Assembly (NCBI GenBank): GCA_937974055.1
Contig: CALJIU010000115.1
Coordinates: forward strand, 2,967 to 66,966
DNA: 64,000 bases
DNA from: an uncultured Neomegalonema sp.
GTDB taxonomy: Bacteria > Pseudomonadota > Alphaproteobacteria > Rhodobacterales > Rhodobacteraceae
Reading direction: 5' to 3'
Below are positions 40,205 through 48,505 of the stretch, one piece after another. A program made the position numbers and the translations under genes. The notes beneath the pieces were generated by a model. That model had not been told where the DNA came from and made no database searches. It worked only from the letters and a program-made list of their open reading frames with translations. Every line of letters begins with the position of its first letter. The first letter of the stretch is position 1.

Positions 40205-41524
40205 ATGAACCATGTGTTCCCGCGTCACACGAAATCATCCTTCCCCGTCGCGGTCGGTGGCGAAGGCTGCTACCTGATCGACAGCACGGGCAAGCGATAT
40301 CTCGACGGGTCCGGCGGCGCCGCCGTCTCCTGCCTCGGCCATGGCGATCCCGAAATTACGCAGGCGATCAAGGATCAACTCGACCGCCTCGCCTTCGCCC
40401 ATAGCGGTTTTTTCACCTCCGAACCGGCGGAATCCCTCGCCGATCTGCTTGTCGAGCACGCCCCAAAGGGCATCGACCGCGTCTATTTCGTCTCCGGCGG
40501 GTCCGAGGCGGTCGAGACGGCGATCAAGCTGGCCCGGCAATACCATCTCGAACGGGGACAGCCACAGCGCACCCGCCTCATCGCCCGCAAGCAAAGCTAC
40601 CACGGCAACACCCTCGGCGCGCTCGCAGCGGGCGGCAACGAAGCGCGACGCGCGCAATTTGCACCCATCCTGATCGACGTCGCCCATATCGACCCCTGCT
40701 ACGCCTACCGCCACAAGCGCGACGACGAAACCGAGCGGCAATACGGCATCCGCGCCGCGCAATTCCTCGAAGACGAGATCCTGCACGCCGGGCCGGAAAC
40801 CGTGATGGCCTTCATGGCCGAACCGGTCGTCGGCGCGACCCTTGGGGCCGTGCCTGCCATGAACGGCTATTTCCGCCGCATCCGCGAAATCTGCGATCGT
40901 TACGGTGTGCTGCTGATCCTCGATGAAGTCATGTGCGGCATGGGCCGCACCGGCCACCTCTTCGCCTGCGACCACGACGGCATAACCCCCGACATCCTCT
41001 GCATCGCCAAGGGTCTGGGCGCGGGCTACCAACCCATCGGGGCCATGCTCTGCACCGCCGAAATCTACGCCGCCATCGAGGGCGGCAGCGGCTTCTTCCA
41101 GCACGGCCACACCTATCTGGGCCACCCGGCGGCGACGGCTGCGGGTTTGGCGGTGGTGAACGCCATCCTCGACCGCAGCCTCGTCCCCCGCGTGCGCGAG
41201 CAAGGCGAAAAACTCGACACCGCCCTGCGCGACGCCTTCGGCCAACACCCCCATATCGGCGATATCCGAGGGCGCGGCCTCTTTCGCGGCATCGAACTGG
41301 TCGAAGATCGCGAGACGAAAGCCCCCTTCGATCCCGCCCAAAAAATCGCCGCCACCATCAAAAAGGCCGCCTTCGAGGCGGGCCTCATCTGCTACCCGAT
41401 GTCCGGCACCATCGACGGCGCACGCGGCGACCACGTCCTCCTCGCCCCGCCCTTCATCATCTCCGACGCCCAGATCGACGAATTGGTCGATAAGCTGGCC
41501 ACGGGAATCGCGGTGGCGGTTTAA
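40205..41524 (+). CDS. Class III (omega) aminotransferase
   Basis: SGGSEAVETAIKLAR, LILDEVMCGMGRTG and CIAKGLGAGY (PLP lysine) motifs. Confidence 0.85.
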   Translation: MNHVFPRHTKSSFPVAVGGEGCYLIDSTGKRYLDGSGGAAVSCLGHGDPEITQAIKDQLDRLAFAHSGFFTSEPAESLADLLVEHAPKGIDRVYFVSGGSEAVETAIKLARQYHLERGQPQRTRLIARKQSYHGNTLGALAAGGNEARRAQFAPILIDVAHIDPCYAYRHKRDDETERQYGIRAAQFLEDEILHAGPETVMAFMAEPVVGATLGAVPAMNGYFRRIREICDRYGVLLILDEVMCGMGRTGHLFACDHDGITPDILCIAKGLGAGYQPIGAMLCTAEIYAAIEGGSGFFQHGHTYLGHPAATAAGLAVVNAILDRSLVPRVREQGEKLDTALRDAFGQHPHIGDIRGRGLFRGIELVEDRETKAPFDPAQKIAATIKKAAFEAGLICYPMSGTIDGARGDHVLLAPPFIISDAQIDELVDKLATGIAVAV

Positions 41525-41597
41525 GAAAACGCTGTCCCGCACTCGATGCGGGGCCTCCTTCAACCTGAAAATACCAGCGGTAATACCAACAGCGGAA

Positions 41598-41713
41598 ATC
41601 GCCGACCGTTTTCACTTTTCCACGCTGCTCCGGGCGCAGCCCCGGAGCCTTGCAGAACCGCGCTCCGCCTATCGGGGTTCCGGGTCTGCGCCCGGAACAG
41701 AGCGGTCGGTGAT
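41598..41713. repeat. REP-like element: an inverted pair of 22-nt GC-rich palindromes nested in an 11-nt inverted repeat
   Basis: Hairpins at 41627-41648 (GCTCCGGG-cgcagc-CCCGGAGC) and 41677-41698 (GTTCCGGG-tctgcg-CCCGGAAC) are near reverse complements of each other. They are flanked by ATCGCCGACCG / CGGTCGGTGAT. Confidence 0.5.
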
Positions 41714-41732
41714 TGCCGCCATCGGTATAAAA

Positions 41733-43133
41733 CTACCCCTTTGGCCCGATCATCTGCTCAGGCCGCACCACCCGGTCGAACGTCTCGGCGTCACAGAAGC
41801 CCAGCGCGAGCGCCTCTTCCTTCAGCGTCGTGCCGTTCTTATGCGCCGTCTTCGCCACCGTGGTCGCATTGTCATAGCCGATTTCCGGGGCCAGCGCCGT
41901 CACCAGCATCAGGCTCTCATTCATCAGCTTGGCGATCCGGTCCTCATTCGCTTCGATCCCCGCGACGCAGTTATCCGTGAAGGCCACCGCCGCATCACCC
42001 AACAACTGCATGGATTGCAGCAGGTTGTAGATCATCATCGGCTTATAGACGTTCAGCTCGAAATGCCCCTGCGACCCGGCAAAGCCAATCGCCGCATCAT
42101 TGCCCATCACATGCGCGCAAACCTGCGTCAGCGCCTCGCACTGCGTCGGGTTCACCTTCCCCGGCATGATCGAGCTTCCCGGCTCATTCTCCGGCAGGTT
42201 CAATTCCCCCAAGCCACAGCGCGGTCCCGACCCCAACAACCGGATATCATTGGCAATCTTAAACAGCGACCCGGCCACGGTCTTCAGCGCACCCGACATC
42301 TCGACCACCGCATCATGCGCCGCCAACGCCTCGAACTTGTTCTCGGCACTCGTGAAGGGCAGCCCCGTGATCGACGCCATTTCCGCCGCCACAGCCTCCG
42401 CAAACCCCTCGCGCGTATTCAGCCCCGTGCCGACGGCAGTGCCGCCCTGCGCCAGCGGATAGATCGCCTCCAACGCATGATTGACCCGCCCGATGCCATA
42501 GCGCACCTGCGTTTCGTACCCGCCAAATTCCTGCCCCAGCGTCAGGGGCGTGGCGTCCTGCGTATGCGTCCGCCCAATCTTGATGATCCCGTCAAACGCC
42601 GCCGCCTTTGCCGCCAATTCCGCGCGCAGAGTCTCCAATCCGGGCAACAGCACATCATGCGCCACCCGCGCGGCGGCGATGTGCATGGCCGTCGGAAAGG
42701 TATCATTCGACGATTGCGAGCGATTCACATGGTCGTTCGGATGCACCGGCGTCTTCGACCCCAATTCCCCGCCCAGCATCTCGATGGCCCGGTTCGAGAT
42801 CACCTCGTTGGCATTCATGTTCGACTGCGTGCCCGATCCGGTTTGCCAGACCACCAGCGGAAAATGATCATCCAGCTTTCCGTCGATGACTTCCTGCGCC
42901 GCATTGGCAATCGCCTCGGCCAAGTCGGCATCCAGATCACCATTCGCGGCATTCACCCGCGCGCAGGCTTGCTTGATGACCCCCAGCGCGCGCACGATGG
43001 CGACGGGCTGTTTCTCCCACCCAATCGGAAAATTCAGGATCGACCGCTGCGTCTGCGCGCCCCAGTACCGATCCGCTGGAACCTCCAGCGGGCCGAAAGA
43101 GTCGCTCTCGGTACGGATGTCACTGCTGGCCAT
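41733..43133 (-). CDS. fumC: Class II fumarate hydratase
   Basis: [16 protein letters not shown] signature. 466 aa. Confidence 0.95.
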   Translation of the reverse strand: MASSDIRTESDSFGPLEVPADRYWGAQTQRSILNFPIGWEKQPVAIVRALGVIKQACARVNAANGDLDADLAEAIANAAQEVIDGKLDDHFPLVVWQTGSGTQSNMNANEVISNRAIEMLGGELGSKTPVHPNDHVNRSQSSNDTFPTAMHIAAARVAHDVLLPGLETLRAELAAKAAAFDGIIKIGRTHTQDATPLTLGQEFGGYETQVRYGIGRVNHALEAIYPLAQGGTAVGTGLNTREGFAEAVAAEMASITGLPFTSAENKFEALAAHDAVVEMSGALKTVAGSLFKIANDIRLLGSGPRCGLGELNLPENEPGSSIMPGKVNPTQCEALTQVCAHVMGNDAAIGFAGSQGHFELNVYKPMMIYNLLQSMQLLGDAAVAFTDNCVAGIEANEDRIAKLMNESLMLVTALAPEIGYDNATTVAKTAHKNGTTLKEEALALGFCDAETFDRVVRPEQMIGPKG

Positions 43134-43196
43134 GTCGGTATCCCTCGCGTCGAAATTGTCATTCGCGCGCGGTATACCGTCAGATGGCGACGATGG

Positions 43197-43709
43197 CTAC
43201 TTCTTGCGAAAGGCGTCGAGGCTGACCACCCGATCCTCTTCATCCCCGGCATTCACCGGCGTCTCCACCGGCTCCGGCGCGGGCAGGCCCTTGGCATCCG
43301 GTTCCATCGCGAAACCGGGGTCGCTCGCCTCATTGGCGGCCACCGTATCGGTTTCGGGCATGGGAATATCGATCTGGAAATTCACGCTGGGGTCCATAAA
43401 GGTCTTCACCGCCGAAAACGGCACCACCAGAATGGCCGGGCGCCCGCTAAAGCTCAGGCTCACGGTGAAACGATCCGACATCACCGCAAGGTCGCGAAAC
43501 TCAAATTGCAGCACGATGGTGATCTCTTCGGGGAACTGCGCTTTCAGCCAATCCGGCATCACGACCCCCGAATGGGTCGTCAGGAACGTGATGTAGAAAT
43601 GCTGATCGTCGAACAGGCCATGCGCGATCGTATGCGCAAGCGATTTCGCCATGACGCTTCGCAGCCCCTCGCGTGTCAGCTCCAGATAGTCTATCGGTCC
43701 AGCAGACAT
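43197..43709 (-). CDS. sspB: Alphaproteobacterial SspB-like ClpXP adaptor
   Basis: HFYITF...EITIVLQ...F.V.LSF.G....VPF.AV..F.DPSV.F pattern, an acidic linker and the C-terminal ClpX-binding-like tail VVSLDAFRKK. Confidence 0.7.
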   Translation of the reverse strand: MSAGPIDYLELTREGLRSVMAKSLAHTIAHGLFDDQHFYITFLTTHSGVVMPDWLKAQFPEEITIVLQFEFRDLAVMSDRFTVSLSFSGRPAILVVPFSAVKTFMDPSVNFQIDIPMPETDTVAANEASDPGFAMEPDAKGLPAPEPVETPVNAGDEEDRVVSLDAFRKK

Positions 43710-43829
43710 GCACCCTCCCCGGCGTTACACACGATCATAGAGTAAATACGGGTGCCGGAAAGCGATTTCTCGCTTTAATTTCTGTTACGTTCCTTGCTGT
43801 CAACTATGATTGACACACACAGGAGCGCC

Positions 43830-44186
43830 TGTAGGCGACCCTACACTACAACTTGCATAACGATGTTGAGTAAGTGGAGGCTTCTGTTGCCAGGTGCCTC
43901 CGAACCCCGCTTAGACCGGCTAGGGCCTAAGACTCAAGTTCCAGTCTTCGCACCGCAATTAAGCGGCGAGAGCGACCGGAGCACGATTGTCGTTTGCAAT
44001 TGTGCGAATAGCCCGATAACGGCGGAACCATGCCGGGTAAAAGCTACGTCTTTAGACGTTTGTCGATCCTGTTTCGGCCCCGTCCGCCCCGCAAACGACG
44101 GGGATGTTGGTGGAGCCGCCGGGTACCGCCCCCGGGTCCAATCCGCGTATTACAAGCGCGTTTATCATCATAGCTGATTACTCAGC
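43830..44186 (-). ncRNA. ssrA: Two-piece (circularly permuted) tmRNA. Acceptor piece about 44186-44108, spacer 44107-44082, coding piece from 44081 downward. Both outer ends are approximate.
   Basis: On the minus strand, ...GGAC-CCGGG-GGCGGTA-CCCGG-CGGCTCC-ACCA ends at 44108. GGGGCCGAAACAGGATCGAC starts at 44081 and pairs with the acceptor 3' strand, including a G3:U pair. A tag ORF lies downstream. Confidence 0.8.
43959..43997 (-). other. tmRNA tag reading frame encoding ANDNRAPVALAA plus stop
   Basis: GCA AAC GAC AAT CGT GCT CCG GTC GCT CTC GCC GCT TAA on the minus strand. The tag ends in LAA, as expected for ClpXP/SspB recognition. Confidence 0.8.
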
Positions 44187-44192
44187 CCTGGT

Positions 44193-44220
44193 GATATAGG
44201 GCGCGGCGCGGTGAATTGAA
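44193..44220 (-). promoter_or_regulatory. Putative sigma70-type promoter of ssrA
   Basis: On the minus strand: TTCAAT (44220-44215), a 16-nt spacer, then TATATC (44198-44193). Confidence 0.3.
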
Positions 44221-44392
44221 AGAGGCAAGGTGCATGTGGATGGTAATTTGGCATGGTTTCTTGTTTTTATGTCATCCCATTTAACTTGGGTTAACTGTAA
44301 AAAAGGAAACATGTCTATCAGGGTCGTTTTTAGATTTGCCATTAATGCTTTGAGGCTAAAGCACGGTGAATGAGCAGACTTAGGGATATGTC

Positions 44393-47300
44393 ATGACAGA
44401 ATTTAACGCTGAATCAGAGTTTCAGGACGGGCATATTTGCGGCCCACAATGTGGCCCTGACTGCGAACATGAAGACAGTCATGATCATGCAGGCCACAAT
44501 CATGACCATGATCACAATATTGATGCAGTAGATTCTGCCTTTATTGCATATTCACCCGGTCCGGAACTTATCCCTGTGGATGTAGCGCTGGCTAACGGTA
44601 ACAGCGATATTTTCGATATAGGCCTTGATCCCTCAAGCGGCCTGTCAGGACTTATCGGTTCGCAGCTTAACGACAAGCCGATATGGTCTGCGTTCCAAAC
44701 CGGTGCCCACATTGCGCGAGCCGGCACGGATTGGCTGCGCGGGGGCGATATGGTCGTTACCTATAGCTTTTCTGACCTTGAAAATATCGGCGACGGATTT
44801 TTTGTCTTCACGCAAGAAAACCAAAGCTGGGCGGAATATGTCTTTGACCTCTACGCGGAAGCTTCGGGCCTGACATTTGTTGAAGTTGCGGCGGATGCGC
44901 CTGCTGATTTGACACTCAAATCGCGCGGCGGCACGAATGGCGGCGGCTATTGGAATGGCAGCGATGTTGTCGTCGGGGATGTTTCTTGGGAGCCTGAAAC
45001 AAAGCCCGGTACATATGCGATGCGTCTGTTAATGCACGAAATCGGTCATGCGCTCGGCCTGTCGCATCCCGGGCCTTATAATGGCAACGGGTCGACCTAT
45101 GCGGACGCAGATCATTATAACGACAGTCGCCAATACACTAATTTGTCCTATTGGAGCGAAGGGGAAACCGGGGCGAGCTTTGGGCATATGTCCACACTTG
45201 GCCTGCATGACTATGTGGCATTGCATATTGAATATGGCGCAAATTATGAAACCCGCGCCGGGGATGATGTTTACGGGTTTAATCAAACGACCGGTCTGGA
45301 ATCCTATGACCTGACCTATGATACGGATATGGCATTTTCTATCTGGGACGGGGCAGGCATTGATACGCTCGATTTTTCGGGCTCGTCAGACGCCACGCAT
45401 CTTGACTTACGTGAAGGCGCATTCAGTAGCGTAAACGGCCAAATTAATAATATTTCCGTGGCCTATAATGCGGTGATTGAAAACGGCGTAGGATCAGAAT
45501 TTGATGATGTTTTGCGCGGCAATTCTGCAGATAATGTTCTGCGAGGCGGCGCCGGTAACGATATGATTCGCGGCGGGGACGAGGCGTTGCGCCCCGAGCA
45601 GGTTAACCCGCTTAACTTCACGGGCATTGCCATGAATATTGATCCGCTTACCCGTGATCAATATATCGGCACAGGTTTAACGGATGCTCTGTCCGGCAGC
45701 GAGTTTACTTTGTCATTCTCTATTCAACTCGCCCGCATTCCGTCAGATATTTCAGCGCTCGCTTCATATGCCGTATCCGGGTCTTCCAATGAGCTTTTGA
45801 TTGAGGCTGATAATGGCGGCCTTGTGAGCATATATCTCAACGGGGTAGGGTTTGATACGCAGTTTTTGACCGGAGATTTAATCGACGGACAGCCCCACCA
45901 TATTTCTTTGTCATGGAACAGCGTGACCGGTGCTTTGGCCTTTACGATTGATGATGTGACCCAAGAAACAATCCATCAGGCCGGCAGCCCGCTCGCCTCG
46001 GGCGGCATGCTCATCTTCGGTCAGGAGCAGGACAGCGTCGGCGGACGCTTTAACGATCGCCAAATTTTCAACGGCACGGTCGGCGATATTCAAATCAGCA
46101 ATCAAGACGGCCTTGCCCATGACTGGCAAGTTGCGGACACTGATATCCTGACGATCACAGATTTGGCCGGCGATGCGGATATGAGCATATTTAATGGCGC
46201 GAGCGTCAATGACACGACGCCTGACGTGCCTGTCGTGACTGATAACGACACAATTTATGGCGGCCAAGGCGGCGACGGGATTTGGGGCGGCATCGGTAAC
46301 GATATTCTCTACGGCGATGGCGAGCTTGATTACGGCGCTGATCCCGAAGTCTTTAATCTTGGTGTTGTGGACAGAGCCGCCGGCAACCGGTTCAGTCAAG
46401 ACGATATTGCATTTTCTGCAACCGGCGATTTCACAGTCGAATTTCTGCTCGACCTTGAGCCGGATACGGGCGCGACTTATGCAATCAACTTACCCGGGTT
46501 TGCAATCTACAGGTGGATTGATGACAATGACGGCCGCTTGGCCTTACAATTTTGGGACGCGGAGGCGGGTGACGGTTGGAATTGGAGCGTAATCCCCCAA
46601 GGCTCATTGTCTGATGGTCCCGGCCGGTTTTCCGTCAGCTATAATGACGCAACCGGAGCTGTTGCAGTTTATGTGAATGGCAGTGAAGTTTGGTCACGAG
46701 ATTATGCTCCCGGAAACTTAAATACGCGCGATAGCGGCGATGTTTCTTTCAATGCAACCGGTCTTGTCGGGGATATACGCATATTTGACGCCGCATTGGA
46801 CGCGCAAACGATTGCGCAAAACGCTTTGGTTTCCATCGCGTCAGATACGGACAATCTGGTGCAATATTGGCAGGCCGATGAAGCCGGTGATTTTGTGCAG
46901 CAAGTGGCCGGCGGGGATGATTTGACCTCTGTCGGAGACCCCGACGCAGCGTCCGGCGCGCTTTGGTCGCGTACATTTGACGATACGCTCCACGGGGGCG
47001 CCGGTGATGACACGCTTATCGGAAGTTTTGGTGATGATACGCTTAATGGCGGCGATGGCGCTGACTATTTATTCGGCGGACAAGGCGCGGACGTTTTAAT
47101 CGGCGGCGCGGGCCGTGATCGCGCCTATTACTCGGACGCGGCAACCGGGGTGACCGTCAATATTCTCGATAGCGCTCAAAATTTGGGCGAGGCTGCGGGT
47201 GATACATTCAGCAGTATTGAAGCTATTTACGGGTCAGTTCATGCGGATCGCCTGACCTCAGGAAATGACAATAACGACTTGGTCGGTAATGACGGTAATG

Positions 47301-48505
47301 ACGTTTTAATCGGTGCCGGTGGTCGGGATCGTCTATTTGGCGGCGACGGTGATGATCGCTTGCTGGGGGGATCAGGCAATGATGATTTGTCGGGCGGCGC
47401 GGGCGCGGACACATTCGTAATTCAAGCGGGCGCGGGGGCTGACCGTATTTTTAATTTGGAAATTGGCCTTGATAAAATAGAATATCGTGATGGGCCGGGC
47501 TCTATGGTTGATCTGATAATAAGGCAAGTCGGCGCCAATACAGTCATCGATACCACTGTCGGGTCATTAAGATTGATGGGTGTGACGGCCGGCGATCTGA
47601 GCGCGGCAGATTTTATATTCCTGAATCCGTCGGATGCGCCAACAGGCCTGACCGTAACCACTGATTTGGATGATGGTAAGAATGTCTTTACCGGCGACGC
47701 CAATGATGACGTTGTAAGCGGTATGGCCGGCAATGACACGCTGCGCGGCGGCGTGGGAGATGATACGCTGATTGGCGGTGAGGGTAATGATACGCTGCGC
47801 GGCGGTTTGGGTGCGGATATACTTGATGGCGGGGACGGGATTGATCGCGTTGATTACAGCACGGCCGGCACAGGCGTGACAATTAATGCTATCAATTCGG
47901 CCCTCAATACGGGCGAAGCTGCCGGAGACACATATATAAATATTGAGAATTTCCAAGGCTCTAACGGTAATGACAGCATCACCTCAGGCAGTGACGGCAA
48001 TATTCTCATCGGGCTCAACGGACAGGACACGCTTATCGGAGCCGGCGGTGATGACACCCTGTTTGGCGGCAATGATGATGACCGTCTGCTTGGCGGAACC
48101 GGAGACGATGTTTTGCACGGGCAACAAGGCGAAGATGTCTATGTTATACAAGCTAACGCCGGCAATGACGATATTTACGGGTTTGAGGATGGGCTTGATT
48201 TAATCGAATATAATGGCACAGCGGCAAACTTTGCAGATCTGACCATTACCCAAGACGAATCCAATGTTACGATTGTGTGGGCCGGCGATATTTCCGAAAT
48301 TCTGACCGTGCATGACGCGCTTGCTGCCGACTTCACTGCGGATGACTTTATATTCCTGAACCCTGCCATGTCGGGCCAAGCTCTGTCATCCAAAGCGCTC
48401 GGGAATGCCTTGCAGGCGAGCCCGGCCGCCGACGATATGGATGAATTTAACAGCGGCTATGATGTAGACGCCGGGGTTTCTGATAGCGCAGATTTCCTGA
48501 TCTAA
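44393..48505 (+). CDS. 1370-aa mosaic RTX protein: His/Cys-rich N-terminus, serralysin-type M10B metalloprotease, pentraxin-like domain, LamG-like domain, two duplicated RTX beta-roll modules and a T1SS-type C-terminus
   Basis: HEIGHALGLSHP zinc motif. Co-linear with Serratia serralysin as recalled (DSRQYTNLSYWSE..., YGAN, TRAGDDVYGFN, IENGVGSEFDDVLRGN). Many GGxGxD nonapeptides. C-terminal ...DSADFLI resembles serralysin ...DFIV. Confidence 0.9.
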   Translation: MTEFNAESEFQDGHICGPQCGPDCEHEDSHDHAGHNHDHDHNIDAVDSAFIAYSPGPELIPVDVALANGNSDIFDIGLDPSSGLSGLIGSQLNDKPIWSAFQTGAHIARAGTDWLRGGDMVVTYSFSDLENIGDGFFVFTQENQSWAEYVFDLYAEASGLTFVEVAADAPADLTLKSRGGTNGGGYWNGSDVVVGDVSWEPETKPGTYAMRLLMHEIGHALGLSHPGPYNGNGSTYADADHYNDSRQYTNLSYWSEGETGASFGHMSTLGLHDYVALHIEYGANYETRAGDDVYGFNQTTGLESYDLTYDTDMAFSIWDGAGIDTLDFSGSSDATHLDLREGAFSSVNGQINNISVAYNAVIENGVGSEFDDVLRGNSADNVLRGGAGNDMIRGGDEALRPEQVNPLNFTGIAMNIDPLTRDQYIGTGLTDALSGSEFTLSFSIQLARIPSDISALASYAVSGSSNELLIEADNGGLVSIYLNGVGFDTQFLTGDLIDGQPHHISLSWNSVTGALAFTIDDVTQETIHQAGSPLASGGMLIFGQEQDSVGGRFNDRQIFNGTVGDIQISNQDGLAHDWQVADTDILTITDLAGDADMSIFNGASVNDTTPDVPVVTDNDTIYGGQGGDGIWGGIGNDILYGDGELDYGADPEVFNLGVVDRAAGNRFSQDDIAFSATGDFTVEFLLDLEPDTGATYAINLPGFAIYRWIDDNDGRLALQFWDAEAGDGWNWSVIPQGSLSDGPGRFSVSYNDATGAVAVYVNGSEVWSRDYAPGNLNTRDSGDVSFNATGLVGDIRIFDAALDAQTIAQNALVSIASDTDNLVQYWQADEAGDFVQQVAGGDDLTSVGDPDAASGALWSRTFDDTLHGGAGDDTLIGSFGDDTLNGGDGADYLFGGQGADVLIGGAGRDRAYYSDAATGVTVNILDSAQNLGEAAGDTFSSIEAIYGSVHADRLTSGNDNNDLVGNDGNDVLIGAGGRDRLFGGDGDDRLLGGSGNDDLSGGAGADTFVIQAGAGADRIFNLEIGLDKIEYRDGPGSMVDLIIRQVGANTVIDTTVGSLRLMGVTAGDLSAADFIFLNPSDAPTGLTVTTDLDDGKNVFTGDANDDVVSGMAGNDTLRGGVGDDTLIGGEGNDTLRGGLGADILDGGDGIDRVDYSTAGTGVTINAINSALNTGEAAGDTYINIENFQGSNGNDSITSGSDGNILIGLNGQDTLIGAGGDDTLFGGNDDDRLLGGTGDDVLHGQQGEDVYVIQANAGNDDIYGFEDGLDLIEYNGTAANFADLTITQDESNVTIVWAGDISEILTVHDALAADFTADDFIFLNPAMSGQALSSKALGNALQASPAADDMDEFNSGYDVDAGVSDSADFLI
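46988..48361 (+). repeat. Internal tandem duplication of an RTX module of about 215 aa (aa 866-1078 and 1108-1323)
   Basis: Both copies run GG.G.DTL.GG...D...Y......GVT.N......N.GEAAGDT...IE...GS...D..TSG...N...G..G.D.LIGAGG.D.LFGG..DDRLLGG.G.D...G..G......Q...G.D.I...E.GLD.IEY........DL.I.Q...N........G.....V....L.AADF...DFIFLNP. Confidence 0.8.

Noticed and set aside
38997-41563. Long minus-strand ORFs (38997-40043 and 40235-41563)
   Set aside because: They are antisense shadows of amt and the class III aminotransferase.
41709-43745. 678-aa plus-strand ORF
   Set aside because: It is antisense to fumC and sspB and is Arg-rich, a GC-rich shadow ORF.
43771-43784. TTAATTTCTGTTAC upstream of sspB as a CtrA half-consensus site
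   Set aside because: The second half-site is imperfect (TTAC), and it is a single occurrence. It is not supportable without comparative data.
43794-44177. 127-aa plus-strand ORF in the sspB-RTX spacer
   Set aside because: The region is explained by the two-piece tmRNA on the minus strand.
44281-44294. TTAACTTGGGTTAA upstream of the RTX gene as a possible CtrA box
   Set aside because: The spacing is TTAA-N6-TTAA, whereas CtrA sites are TTAA-N7-TTAA. It may still be an unrelated operator.
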